In this document: piece after piece, positions 20,801-30,856 of the stretch
How the letters are laid out: each line of letters opens with the position of its first letter
Numbering within the stretch: the stretch's first letter is position 1
Source: Nitrosopumilus sp.
GTDB lineage: Archaea > Thermoproteota > Nitrososphaeria > Nitrososphaerales > Nitrosopumilaceae
Direction of reading: 5' to 3'
Assembly (NCBI GenBank): GCA_965224195.1
Contig: OZ245040.1
Span: 512,001-576,000, forward strand
DNA length: 64,000 nt
The notes under the pieces: model-generated
What the model was told of the DNA's origin: nothing
Database searches by the model: none
The model's input: only the letters and a program-made list of their open reading frames with translations
Translations under genes and position numbers: made by a program

Positions 20801-22918
20801 GAGGAATCATTTCCAACAGGTGTAGCATTCAACCCTACTGGAACAAAGATGTTTGTTGTAGGTACCAGCAGTAACAGTATCCACGAGTACACATTAACCA
20901 CTCCAGTTGACCTATCCAAACTGTTCATCAGTGAGTCAGCAAGTGCCAATGATATTTCACTGACTGGTGCCAGCATTGAAACTGTCGGCAACAATGCTTC
21001 AATATCAATTGAGCTGACTGCACCCCAAAGGGAATCAGTCATTGCATTGGCTGTCCCGGAACTGGACATATTATCTGCTGCGGTATCTGATGTTTCAGGT
21101 AATCAAATAGTTCCAGTAGCAGACAATGCCATTGCAGTAACTAACAGTGTAGCACCACCATCACTTGCTGCGCCAACTGACCTTTCAGTGGCAGTACAGG
21201 GCACCACAGCTACTATCACCTGGACTGCACCTGCAATACCTGCCAATCCATTCTATGATATTAGTAACGTATCCTATCTCGTGAATGTCACTGATACTGC
21301 TGCTGGCACCACCGTACCGTATACCATATCTGACGGCACCACTACGCATACGACGCACCTGTTATTGAGCAAATCTTATCAGGTAACCGTAGAGGCAAAA
21401 GCCTTGTTGTCAGATTTAACCGCTATATCCTCCCAACCTACCGCAGCTGTATCCTTTGATATGCCGACACCTCCGTCATCTGATGCTCCAACTAACCTTT
21501 TAGTCAATGTCATAAACGGCACAGCCGCTGAAATCACTTGGACTGCACCTACAGTGGATGCCAATGAGTATTATACCATTGATGATGTGGCTTATCAAGT
21601 GACTGTCATTAGTTCTGACGGTTCTGAACTCGGCGACACTGTAGATGACACCTCATATACAGTAGCAGACCTGATACCAGGTGAGTCATACAATGTACAT
21701 GTATATGTAGTGATCTTTGGACCAGGCTATTTTGTGGAATCATCTCCAGTATCTGCCTCCTTTAATATGCCTGCAGCAGTAGTAGATGGTGGTGCAGATG
21801 CAGCAGCAGATGCCCAAGCAGCAGCAGACAAAGCAGCACTCTCTAATAAACTCGAAATTAAAGTGACACGATCTACTGGTGTGATAAATGTTGAGATGAT
21901 AGTTAACCATCCTGATGCTGACAACTATAAACTTGATTTACAATGTCACAACTATAAAGGTGCAATTCCACCTCAACTCTTTACTGGTAAAAAGGCCTCT
22001 GTAATGCCTGCCGACAATATTATATCTGCACAGTTTGATACTGAGCGTTTAATGGGTAAAAATTGTTTAGCCAAGTTGAAAATCTTTGATGTTGCTGACA
22101 ATATACTACTTGATAAACAGAAAGGTGTTAGTATCGGGGCTCACAAGCCATCTGATGTGACTAACTTGGTGGCAACAGACAAGTCAACCTCATTTGGCGC
22201 ACAGGCCTATCTGCATTTTGGACCATCATTGGATCCTGGTTCCAAGGACAAACTTGATGGATATCACATGGATGAGTATACTATCAAGACAAGTTGTACT
22301 GATGTATTAGACGCTAGCATCTCTAAGGGTAATGTACCTGATACCGTGTTGCAGTCTAGTGCGATTATTCAATTCAACAACCTCCCAAGTTTTGCCACAA
22401 TAATCTCAGACTTGCCACTTGATGCTAATTGTACATTTAGTGTCACTGGCAAGAACTGGAATGCAAATCAAAAGGACAAGCAGTGGAGCAATCCTGTAAC
22501 TACTACATTACAGACACCTTTAACTTTGCCTGGTAAAGTATTATACAGTTACACTAATGATCTAATACCACAACTGCCTGCTCAAAAAAACATACCAATT
22601 ACTGAAACACCAAATGATATACAATTAACTGCTGCAATGGATGGCAGTGATGCAATCGAGGTGTCATGGCATCCAATATCCAGTGATGTATTTTCTTATA
22701 ATCTGGAATGGAATGATCCAACTGAGGGTTCATCCGGATTCATACCTTTTGGTACGAAGAACTTTGTAAATGGTGATAGATCAACATCACACATGATTAA
22801 AGACGTTATTCCTGGATATACGTATACTATTGCACTCACTCTATACTATGGTACAGATGCCGATATTGAATTTGTACATCGCGTTACTATTATTGAATAT
22901 ACAGTAGCAAATACATAA
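17852..22918 (+). CDS. Large secreted/surface protein with two beta-propeller modules and multiple FN3-like domains
   Basis: Signal peptide (VRLVLMLTIFAVSVMSLHGVAVADD); about 49-aa blades P.GV.FN..GTKMFV.....I.EY.L..PFD; APTNL..ITWTAP FN3 units; ORF open from 17765, start GTG 17852 or ATG 17867. Confidence 0.85.
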   Translation: MRLVLMLTIFAVSVMSLHGVAVADDNHVQNISVERSSANVTIAVLSWDTQEDIEWYNIKYKCSGDEKENLRVPGNQSSYTFDVYADQSCKINIRSISDSGEKSDNVKIILASGEPTGEIVESVKNFNNRSNNVPADSTLPTLESAALNEETGVLAITFDEIIANEGFDLSTADYTDRSFSVSNRDTSPSGVAFNPDGTKMFVVGTSSGAIHEYTLSSPFDMSNPSFVRLFSVSSNYPLPTDVAFSTDGTKMFVVDFQSENVYEYTLSSPFNLSDPTFIRDFSVSSQDTSPSGVAFNSDGTKMFVVGTDNGNINEYTLSSPFNISNSSFVRLFSVSSQERSPQDVTFNPSGTKMFVIGNSNGNVNEYALTAPFNISDPSHTGTFDVSSQDTSPTGVAFNPAGTKMFAVGIGSDSVHEYTLTTPVDLSLLFISESGNTNDISLTGARITTVGNSTSIEIKLAESQRQSVIALTTPELDILSAAVSDVSGNQIGASPNNAIAVTNSVVPPPSLDAPTNLSVNVINGTAAEITWTAPTIPANSFYDINSVSYLVNVTDVAASTTVLYTISDGTTTTHTATGLILDKSYQVTVEAKALLSDLTAISSQPTAAVSFDMPTPPSPDAPTNLLVNVINGTAAEITWTAPTVDANEYYTIDDVAYQVTVISSDGSELGDTVDDTSYMVTGLTPGESYNVHVVAYAAVGSKYTVESSPVSASFNMLAVVNDGAGTPPSPSADNTPPTLESATLDEGTGVLAITFDEIIANEGFDVSTAAYTDNSFSVSNKDPEPESVTFNPTGTKMFVVDFQSEKIYEYTLSSPFDVSIASYTRNFSVGSQDTHPKDVTFNPTGTKMFVAGYQNEKIYEYTLTTPFNLSTASYTHNFSISSQDTDPTGVAFNPTGTKMFVLGYQSTNVYEYELSSPFDISSSSYTHHFSVGSQDTHPKDVTFNPTGTKMFVVDSQSEKIYEYELSSPFDVSSSDYKRNFSVSDEESFPTGVAFNPTGTKMFVVGTSSNSIHEYTLTTPVDLSKLFISESASANDISLTGASIETVGNNASISIELTAPQRESVIALAVPELDILSAAVSDVSGNQIVPVADNAIAVTNSVAPPSLAAPTDLSVAVQGTTATITWTAPAIPANPFYDISNVSYLVNVTDTAAGTTVPYTISDGTTTHTTHLLLSKSYQVTVEAKALLSDLTAISSQPTAAVSFDMPTPPSSDAPTNLLVNVINGTAAEITWTAPTVDANEYYTIDDVAYQVTVISSDGSELGDTVDDTSYTVADLIPGESYNVHVYVVIFGPGYFVESSPVSASFNMPAAVVDGGADAAADAQAAADKAALSNKLEIKVTRSTGVINVEMIVNHPDADNYKLDLQCHNYKGAIPPQLFTGKKASVMPADNIISAQFDTERLMGKNCLAKLKIFDVADNILLDKQKGVSIGAHKPSDVTNLVATDKSTSFGAQAYLHFGPSLDPGSKDKLDGYHMDEYTIKTSCTDVLDASISKGNVPDTVLQSSAIIQFNNLPSFATIISDLPLDANCTFSVTGKNWNANQKDKQWSNPVTTTLQTPLTLPGKVLYSYTNDLIPQLPAQKNIPITETPNDIQLTAAMDGSDAIEVSWHPISSDVFSYNLEWNDPTEGSSGFIPFGTKNFVNGDRSTSHMIKDVIPGYTYTIALTLYYGTDADIEFVHRVTIIEYTVANT
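19594..21659 (+). repeat. Intragenic direct repeat: 19594-19883 vs 21370-21659 (290 bp, 2 mismatches seen), part of a larger ~1.78-kb module duplication
   Basis: Direct comparison of the two copies, offset 1776 bp. Confidence 0.9.
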
Positions 22919-22923
22919 TCTTT

Positions 22924-23154
22924 ATGAAATGTGAAAGTAAGGATAATGGACGGAGTTACTATGGCGTGGTGACCCGCAGCTTTTCCTTTGATGATTTAGA
23001 GTATACATTTGATATTGTAAACATGAAGCAAGACGGCGGTATATGTGTTGCCAAGGTGCATTATGTCAGCAGTGATGATAATAGTCTAGTGTCTGAGCTT
23101 AAAAGCAGTAATACGATAAGTATTGCTGTGGGCAACGCACGAACTGTTATCTGA
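22924..23154 (+). CDS. Small protein or fragment resembling a Cys-linked module of the upstream surface protein
   Basis: 76 aa, C..FD...G.C.AK pattern shared with the surface protein. Confidence 0.35.
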   Translation: MKCESKDNGRSYYGVVTRSFSFDDLEYTFDIVNMKQDGGICVAKVHYVSSDDNSLVSELKSSNTISIAVGNARTVI

Positions 23155-23354
23155 TAGTTGAAGGCCTGGAACTATACATCATACTCCCTGCAATGGTATG
23201 ATGATGTATGTCCAATCCAAGATGTATAGAATGTAGCAATCAGGCAACAAACAGCAGTTGATGGGAATCAGCCACTCTAATTGAAAACCCAAAAATTATT
23301 TTTCTGTCAATCCATTGATTACAGTTTATACCTTATAATCAAAATTAATAATAC

Positions 23355-23516
23355 ATGAGTATGGAACTGGCAAAGTCAATGCTGATTTTTGTCCTAGTTG
23401 GCATTATCTTTGGGTTTGCAATATTTTACGCAATAGAGTCATCAGTTGAATGCAGTGTTGTAGATATCAGTACAGGTATGATAGATGGTATGGTAGATGG
23501 TAGGGTGTTGAACTGA
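23355..23516 (+). CDS. Small single-TM protein
   Basis: MSMELAKSMLIFVLVGIIFGFAIFYAIESS.. Confidence 0.35.
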   Translation: MSMELAKSMLIFVLVGIIFGFAIFYAIESSVECSVVDISTGMIDGMVDGRVLN

Positions 23517-23829
23517 TCTGACAAAACCCGATGGGAGCATTATGTTTGATTTGAAATTTTTAAATTAGTGAACTTGGTAGAAACACAATAAACGAATATT
23601 GTTAGGTTATCTACGTTTAAACTAATTTGGTTTTTTGTAATTTTTTAATAATAAATCAAGTTCAATCGCGGTATTTTTAATACGAGTTAATTCTGCACCA
23701 TATTTTCCCAATTCAGCTTTCATTTCCTGGTGTCTTTGAATATTCTTGAATATGATATTATTTTCAATATTATGGATATCAACAACATCATTGTTGAAAA
23801 GAGTTATCATCATGTTGAATTTTCCCATA

Positions 23830-24242
23830 TTATCTCTTATTTTCTCAAATCCAAAGTTTAAGCTAAATTTCTTCTTGCAGTCTAGACGTTTAAAGATTCT
23901 AACCTTGCCATTCTTGTTCTTTCTAAATCCCTCTTTTCTTAATCTGCCTGAATCACAATACTTGTATAATTGTAACTTTGAGCGTTCCATGATTCGGAAT
24001 GTGTTATCTCTGCGACATTTGTTGTTCTTGATAATCTCTCAAACTATCTTGATATGTTTACAATCGGATTTTCTGCATAAATGATCTTTACATTCACATT
24101 TTAACCCATTTCCAGTCTTAGATACAATGTAGAATTTAGTTGGATCAGATTGTGATTTTACGGTAAATTTATTCGATTCAAATTGTGAACAATGACCTTT
24201 AGTCTCCATCATAGATTGAGCTCTTTGCTTTCTTGCGTTCAT
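23830..24242 (-). mobile_element. N-terminal remnant of a SWIM/Zn-ribbon-containing DDE transposase
   Basis: SWIM CECKDH..CKHI, then a degenerate IS1-like Zn ribbon (YCDS.R.RK.G.RKNK.G..RIF..LDCKKKFS.NFGF), interrupted by a stop and truncated. Confidence 0.65.
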
Positions 24243-24418
24243 AAAAACACCTCAAAAATTATAAAGTGGCAGAAAGAATAATGCTCAGTTCGTAACAAGT
24301 TCATCATAGGCTCTGCCAAGCCTTTGATTTTCTTTTTCATCATTGCACAATTCATACTAATAGTATTTACTTTTAGTAATATTAACCTTATTATTATAGT
24401 AACTACTAAAGGTAAATA

Positions 24419-24538
24419 ATGGTAGTGATAAAACGAGATGTATGTAGATGTAACAAATGTAAAAATGAATGGATTCCAAGAGGTAAAGATTTACCTATAT
24501 GCTGTGGAAAATGCAAATCACCCTATTGGAATCGATAA
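24419..24538 (+). CDS. 39-aa Zn-ribbon protein (below ORF-track cutoff)
   Basis: MVVIKRDVCRCNKCKNEWIPRGKDLPICCGKCKSPYWNR, i.e. CxxC..W.PR...P..CxxCxSPYWN. Confidence 0.7.
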   Translation: MVVIKRDVCRCNKCKNEWIPRGKDLPICCGKCKSPYWNR

Positions 24539-24942
24539 TAAAACGATCAAATTTTCTTACCAATTACACTCAAAATCTCATACCTCTGCTTCTAAAAATG
24601 TATTAACGGATAACAACGTGATTAAATTGGTGTATAAAATGAGCTCAAAAATCCTAGAATCCTAATAGAGTTTCCATCTGTTGACTGTACAGAACGTGGA
24701 TTTGAAACCCTTTGTTCATCCCAGCGTAGTTTCGACTATATGGGAAAGGATAGATACGAAATAACTCAAATTCAATTGAATGCATTAGATATACAGGGAA
24801 TACCATACAAAATTATTCCTTAATTTTTTTTATGATTTAAAATGTCTATTAATAAATACACTGTTCAAATGACAATTAGTTTTGTGAGAACAAAAAATTT
24901 TCAAAATACCAAACCTGGATTTACTTTTCACAAAACAATAGA

Positions 24943-26010
24943 AGATGAGTTGTGCAATTAGTCCAATTTGAGTATAATCTCAACATTTTCTAATCATAAG
25001 ATCCAAAGCTAAGACTGAATTATTTTCAATTCATGTTTAATTGCACAAACTGGCAAAAAAACCAAAACAATTCCTGCCAATAACAGGACTAACTGTTCCA
25101 CAGTTTGATTCCCTATACAAGGAAATAAAGAAAAATTGCAAAACTGCAGAACAAAAGGGATTGTCCAAAAATAGAGAAAGAGACATTGGTGCAGGACACA
25201 AGTTTGACTTGTCCTTCAAAGACAGAATTCTAATGTTTTTCATGTACTACAGAATGTACACAACATATGACATGCCAGGGATGATATTTGATTTGGACAA
25301 ACCAAACGTAATGAGAAACATCAGATGTTTGGAGCCTGCAGTGAAGCAGTCCATTATAATTGCTGCCAAAAAATATGCAGATTCAAAAGAGATTAACGGC
25401 ATGCAGGAATTGCAGGAATTCTTTCCGGAATTAGTTGCAATCACTGATGGCACAGAACAGCCCATCCCAAGACCAAAAAACAAAAAGAAAAGAAGGACGC
25501 ACCATTCAGGCAAAAAGAAAAAACATGCAGTACAAAATCAAATCGCCATAAATCCTGATGGGATAACAATCCACAAATCTGCACATTCGCCTGGCAGTCA
25601 TCATGATTACAGAATTTACAAATCAAAGCATCCAACATTATCTGAAGAGTTGTTGCAGTTTTATGATCTTGGATATTTGGGGATGGAAAAAGACTTTCCA
25701 GAACAGGCAAGTGTTTTGCCATATAAGAAAAAGAAAGGAAAAAAATTGACTGTTACTCAAAAGGAGTGGAACAAGATGCAGTCAAAAATTAGAATAAAAG
25801 TTGAACATGTTATTGCACAAATCAAGCAATTTCGGATAAATCGCGATGTGTTTAGAAACAAATTATGCAGATATGATGTGATAAGTGAAATTGTTTGTGG
25901 GACTGTCAGTTTCAAGATTAAATGGAAAGAAGAATTCATTGCAATTCCATAAAATTAAAAATTAAATGATAGAAAAGTTAGATTTTTGTTTGTAATTACG
26001 CAACTCATCT
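24943..26010 (+). mobile_element. IS5-family element (HTH_Tnp_4 + DDE_Tnp_4 type)
   Basis: 18-bp TIRs AGATGAGTTGTGCAATTA / TAATTACGCAACTCATCT (2 mismatches); AGA on both flanks. Confidence 0.9.
25041..25952 (+). CDS. IS5-family DDE transposase
   Basis: TDGTEQPIPRP, YDLGYLG, RIKVEHVIAQIKQF. Confidence 0.9.
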   Translation: MHKLAKKPKQFLPITGLTVPQFDSLYKEIKKNCKTAEQKGLSKNRERDIGAGHKFDLSFKDRILMFFMYYRMYTTYDMPGMIFDLDKPNVMRNIRCLEPAVKQSIIIAAKKYADSKEINGMQELQEFFPELVAITDGTEQPIPRPKNKKKRRTHHSGKKKKHAVQNQIAINPDGITIHKSAHSPGSHHDYRIYKSKHPTLSEELLQFYDLGYLGMEKDFPEQASVLPYKKKKGKKLTVTQKEWNKMQSKIRIKVEHVIAQIKQFRINRDVFRNKLCRYDVISEIVCGTVSFKIKWKEEFIAIP

Positions 26011-26587
26011 AGAAATTCTAGTAAAAACAAAGGGTGTTAAAATTCAAGAAGTACCTTATACTTTTACAGACAGACAACAAGGAGACAGCAAACTTGGAGT
26101 ATCTACTGTTCTAGACTATTGCAAATCAGTCTGGAAATTATACAAGTATGGACGAAGCGTAAGAAGAGAAGAGAGTCGTACATCGGTTCGATTTCTCTCA
26201 AAGGCTGCACGATTCTTTACAGTTGGCGCATCAGGTTTAGCAGTAAACTATCTTGCATCAATGGTGTTTTCTCTAAGTGCGGATATGTGGTATATTCATG
26301 CAACCGTAATGGGAATAATGTTTTCAATTACAAGCAATTTCATTCTAAACAAGTATTGGACGTTTGAGGAGAGAGATTTTGGATTAAGAAGAACGCTTGT
26401 ACAGTACGGTAAGTTTACAGGATTTATCTCAATTGGCGCACTAGTTCAGCTTGGAATGGTGTATTACCTAGTTGATCAAAACGGCATATCATACCCATTA
26501 TCACTTGTTCTGGCAGTAAGTATTGCAGCATTTAGTAACTTTATGCTAAACAAGAGATGGACGTTTAAAGAAAAGGTCTGGAGTTAG
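26011..26587 (+). pseudogene. C-terminal part of a GT2 (Dol-P-mannose synthase-like) + GtrA fusion, N-terminus lost at the IS
   Basis: Frame open from the IS end: EILVKTKGVKIQEVPYTFTDRQQGDSKL..RFFTVGASGLAVN..NFILNKYWTF..NFMLNKRWTF. Confidence 0.8.
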
Positions 26588-26911
26588 TTATCTTACGTAA
26601 TCGTCTTCTAGACGTTTAATGTCAGTCTCTTGGAACAATTCAAAAGATATTTCTAAAATTCTCATATCAGTAATAGCCTCTAATCTGTGAACTGCCTCTT
26701 TTGGAATAGATATCTCATCACCTGTTTGAATTTTTTTCTTGTCTTGTAATATCGCATATACTTCACCGTTTAGGACATACCATTTTTCAGATCTATGCTC
26801 GTAAAATTGCAAGCTGGTTCTATTTCCTGCAAGTATTGTAATTACCTTGATAGTTGTGGTTTCATTGTCAGTTAGCTGCTCAAAAAAACCCCAAGGCTTG
26901 TTAACTTTCAT
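26588..26911 (-). CDS. Cupin, mannose-6-phosphate isomerase type II C-terminal-like
   Basis: KPWG, SLQFYEHRSEKW, VHRL, ILEIS, DIKRLEDDY. Confidence 0.85.
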   Translation of the reverse strand: MKVNKPWGFFEQLTDNETTTIKVITILAGNRTSLQFYEHRSEKWYVLNGEVYAILQDKKKIQTGDEISIPKEAVHRLEAITDMRILEISFELFQETDIKRLEDDYVR

Positions 26912-26982
26912 TAGTTATGCTGATTTATATCAACATTATAACTCCATTGAAATTCAGAGTTTCTTTTGGATTTTATAAAATA

Positions 26983-28000
26983 TTATTGACATGCTGCTGC
27001 TGCCTGTAATTGGACTGTTTTTGTTGAAAAATCAGAATAAGTATTGCTCATAATGATATAGTATGTTCCAGAGTTTAATGTTCTATCAAAAACATCTGCT
27101 TCTACTTTTCCACTCTGATAATATACCTGAAAGTCTTGGTCATTTTCATATTTTCTAAAATCATCATCAACAATATACACCATAATGTTATCACCTAACG
27201 CAGCACTTGCAAGGAATCCACCCTGAAGATTTGCAATGCATGGCAAAGTAAATAGAATGTAATAATATGATCCTGGATTTACTTTGTATGTCGAATCGAT
27301 AAAAGTTTCACCAGACAAGGACAGATTCAAGTCATCTGCACTAAACAGTTCATTTAGAACAGAATCTAATGCATTAGATACGGTCTTGGTTGCAGTGACA
27401 ACTTTGTTAATTGGCTTGTTCTTTTGAATTTCTGAATTTATTTTATTTTTTATTTCATTATAGATTGAAATTTCTTTTGATGACTCAAAAGGTATTGGAA
27501 TGCTAATGCCAAACAGTTTGAAGTAGGCTGTGCCCTTTACCTTTAATTCCATCATTCCGTTTGCACTAACTATGGAGTTTATTGCAGGAGACATGCTATG
27601 TTTTTGAATATTTTGAAAAGATACAATCTCTTTTGCCTGTCCCGGATTTACAGTAACATTGACATTGCTATTTCCCCTTTCCTACAGAAATTCCGTTAAT
27701 CAAAATATCATATGACAAGTCAGGAATATACACTGGAAGAAAACCGTTGTTTGTCAATTCAAAAATCAGATTTAAATTTACTCCGTCAATTAACTCAAAT
27801 GCCGCACCAAGCCAGTCCCCACTCGGTGTGGATAATCCCAACTTTAGAAGAGTAGACCATGAAATGCTTGTCCAGTCTATGTTGTAAAATTTCACATCAT
27901 GTAAACTGACTGAGAGTTGGGTGTAAGAATATGCAAACAGGCCTCCAATAATTAGGAGAATTAGAACAATTACTATGCCTATGATTGCTCCTTTTCCCAT
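26983..28000 (-). pseudogene. LEA_2/WHy-domain membrane protein split by a frameshift
   Basis: 27668-28000 (TM, ..NNGFLPVYIPDLSYDILING) continues as SNVNVTVNPGQ into 26983-27594. Confidence 0.6.
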
Positions 28001-28038
28001 GTTTTGAGAATTATTGTATGAATTTAAGCATATTGGAG

Positions 28039-29253
28039 TTAATCAAAAAACGTAGATGGAATTATTGCAGCCACATATTCTTGTTTATAGCCTTTCATTC
28101 CATCTAAGACTTCGATTCGTTTTGTATGGTCTTCTTTGCCAAATGCTATTACATAATAAGGATAATACACTACATCTATTGAATTGATTTTGCAATCATC
28201 CCAGTATCTGCTAAATGCAGTTTCAATACTTGCAGGAGATATTTCTGGAGTTATTGTTTTCTCTTTTGAATCAAATGGAATCACTTGATGTTTTTCCATA
28301 ATACTTTGAAATGCAGAAGGATCTGAAGGATACTGCCATACTCTGTTATATGTTGCAGGTCTAGGATTAGTTTGTACCAACACTCCCTTACCCAGTAAAC
28401 TATTCACAATTTTCCCTATTTTACCAGCACTCCATCCTAATGCAGATAACATTCTTTTTTCAAATTCACCACTATCTGCAACATATCGTAGTAATTGTAT
28501 TTCCTCTTCGTCAAGTTCACTAAGATAAGACATTTGATAGTCTACACCGTCTGAATCCAGATCAACTAGTGCACCAGTTATTGCATCAACTCCTGCTCTA
28601 CTGGTAATAGTATGAATTGATTCTTCAGTTGACCTCCAACCTGTTTTTTCTTGCTTTCTAACTTTTGCAGATAATTCTACATCATAATATGGATAGAGGA
28701 ATTTTTTTACACCTACAACTTTTTCAAAAATCTTACCTTTACCCATAAATCCCCCTTTGGCTCTGTTATCAATTATTTCATTAGCATATTGTGTTACATG
28801 TTCAAGTGAAACAATTGGAGTAACCATATGCTTTGTAGTTTGTTTTGATTCCTCCATAACATCCCCTGTATCCATTAGTTGCATTTTACCAAGAAATGAT
28901 GCGATTTTCTCTCCGTCCCACAATTCAAGATTGTTGTATTGATTGGCAGTACTTAGTGCACCTGGAGTAAAATCACTTGTAGTGGCAAGTATTGCTCTGT
29001 CTGCAGATAAATCTTGTTGAATTTGAATTAGTTTCATTATGATATCTTTGTCAATATTGGTTTTGTAGGATTTTGCCTCAATTATTACAGTAGATGTATG
29101 AAGCGGTGCTTTGAATTCTGCAAGTACATCGATTTGATGAGTAGTTCCTGACTTTCCTTCCATCTTGATGTCATGAGTTACACGATATCCGTTTTTTTCA
29201 AATAATTCTGCAATTTTTAACTCAAAACCAGTACCTTTCTTTAAAGCAAACAT
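28039..29253 (-). CDS. Mrr-like (type IV) restriction endonuclease domain protein
   Basis: KGTGFELKIAELF..GKSG..HQIDVLA..IIEAKSY..AILATTSDFT..LELWDG; wHTH-like segment downstream. Confidence 0.8.
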   Translation of the reverse strand: MFALKKGTGFELKIAELFEKNGYRVTHDIKMEGKSGTTHQIDVLAEFKAPLHTSTVIIEAKSYKTNIDKDIIMKLIQIQQDLSADRAILATTSDFTPGALSTANQYNNLELWDGEKIASFLGKMQLMDTGDVMEESKQTTKHMVTPIVSLEHVTQYANEIIDNRAKGGFMGKGKIFEKVVGVKKFLYPYYDVELSAKVRKQEKTGWRSTEESIHTITSRAGVDAITGALVDLDSDGVDYQMSYLSELDEEEIQLLRYVADSGEFEKRMLSALGWSAGKIGKIVNSLLGKGVLVQTNPRPATYNRVWQYPSDPSAFQSIMEKHQVIPFDSKEKTITPEISPASIETAFSRYWDDCKINSIDVVYYPYYVIAFGKEDHTKRIEVLDGMKGYKQEYVAAIIPSTFFD

Positions 29254-29432
29254 TCTACGATTATTTCTCTATTTTTGTGAACTTAAGCATATTGGAAAAC
29301 AAAATATGTTGCAAATAGATTCTAGAGGGGTTAACGAGTTTATTGGTAATCAGTAAAAATAGAATGCCCTCCTCTTAGGTTCAAAAAGTTGGTTAGTACC
29401 TAAATCATAACAGATGTTTGTTTGTTGGGAAA

Positions 29433-30444
29433 TTACTCTTTGAATGCAATATTTCCAAATTTTCTTTTGTAATCAATATACAAATCTTGAAGGGCATTTA
29501 GAATGTATATCAATTCCAATAGATCTGAAATAATAAATTCCATATGACGACGTAATGGAGAATGTTTTGTATTTTCATTTTGTAGAATTTCTGAACATGT
29601 ATCAAATTCTTTTGGTGTTAAATTGTAATGTAAGTTAACAATTTTAATCAAATTAAAATTTTCATTGGGTAAATTACGAATGTATTCCTCAAGTTTAATC
29701 AATATGTCGGTTTCTTCTTGAAATTTTTCCATGTGCGGAAATCTCTTTGCATGATCCAGTTCATTTACAAAATAATCATAACCGAGATCATTTAGTTTTC
29801 TGAAGTATTCAAATTTGATTTGAGAGAAATGATGAATTAATTCTTCTGTATCTTTTTTGAGGAATTTTTTAATGTAATTTATGTTATTTTTTTCCAAGAG
29901 GTATTTTTAGTTGAAAATAATTCATAACGTTTTGACATATCACTCATATTAAGACGCAGAAAAATTGAATCTAAAATATGGATAATTGCATCATGTATAG
30001 AATTTCAATAATGTGCGGATTTTTGAATAAGCACTACTTCATCTTTAATAAATTTCGCAGGAATTCCTTTTTTTATTAGTCTCTAACTTCAAGGCATTTC
30101 TTTTCAAATGTATTTTTTGTAAATTCAATTTTCTCAGTACCAAAAATCATAATTCCTTCTTCAGAGTCTTTTTCTAAAAAAGGAATTTTTTCAAGATCTA
30201 GTGCTTGTGCATAATCATATTCTTGATTTACTGATGCAGATGTTCGGGAATTGTTAGTTATCAAGGCCACAACATAATCTGATAAATCAATTTCTCTTGT
30301 GAGTTTATCGCTGATTTGAGTTCCTAATTCTTTCTTTTCTTCATAAACAAATGCTTCGTTGATCAAATCATTTTGTTCTAAAACATCTTTGAGTGTTTTA
30401 GCTAATTCATAATCTTCCGATGAATGACTGATGAATATTTTCAT
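29433..30444 (-). pseudogene. TIR-domain protein, disrupted (TIR 30076-30444 plus downstream fragment 29433-29897)
   Basis: MKIFISHSSED..IDLSDYVVALITNNSRTSASVNQEY is a TIR_2 signature with the catalytic Glu; stops and shifts lie between the two ORFs. Confidence 0.7.
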
Positions 30445-30600
30445 ACTCCAAAATTATGTTGTAACTGCTTTAACAGTTATTCAAAAATCAACATGATTCA
30501 TCGATCATTTCTGGTATTTAAATCAGGTATGCCTACCTCCTAAATTCCCCACGGGGGCCAAGTAGGAAATGGATTATATCATCTCAGAAAATTTTGAATT

Positions 30601-30690
30601 ATGGTACGTAAACACCACGTAGCTATAGGAACTGTACTTGCAATAGCAGGTATAGCATATGCTGTCATATCTGACATCATAACCTTATAG
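30601..30690 (+). CDS. 29-aa hydrophobic peptide
   Basis: MVRKHHVAIGTVLAIAGIAYAVISDIITL; flanked by structured GC-richer sequence. Confidence 0.5.
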   Translation: MVRKHHVAIGTVLAIAGIAYAVISDIITL

Positions 30691-30738
30691 CGAAAATGTT
30701 ACGTCGTCCCCTAGACACAGCGGAGTTCTGATACGTAG

Positions 30739-30856
30739 GCAGACTTCGTATTGTTAATGTGTGCAGGGGAGACACCCTTTTCAAATTTAATCATATTGCA
30801 GACTTCGTATTGTTAATGTGTGCAGGGGAGACACCCTTTTCAAATTTAATCATATT
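30739..30856 (+). repeat. Perfect 59-bp tandem duplication
   Basis: GCAGACTTCGTATTGTTAATGTGTGCAGGGGAGACACCCTTTTCAAATTTAATCATATT at 30739 and 30798. Confidence 0.95.

Noticed and set aside
18360-20910. Regular ~147-bp repeats as a possible CRISPR array or DGR template/variable pair
   Set aside because: In-frame propeller blades; no spacers, cas genes, reverse transcriptase or evident adenine-specific variation
24438-24665. 75-aa ORF
   Set aside because: Overlaps the more convincing 39-aa Zn-ribbon gene in another frame
24940-26013. AGA as a true target-site duplication
   Set aside because: The left flank does not continue the GT2 gene found on the right, so the 3-bp match may be chance or follow a deletion
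30690-30775. Hammerhead ribozyme
   Set aside because: CTGATAC does not match the CUGANGA core and GAAA is not suitably placed
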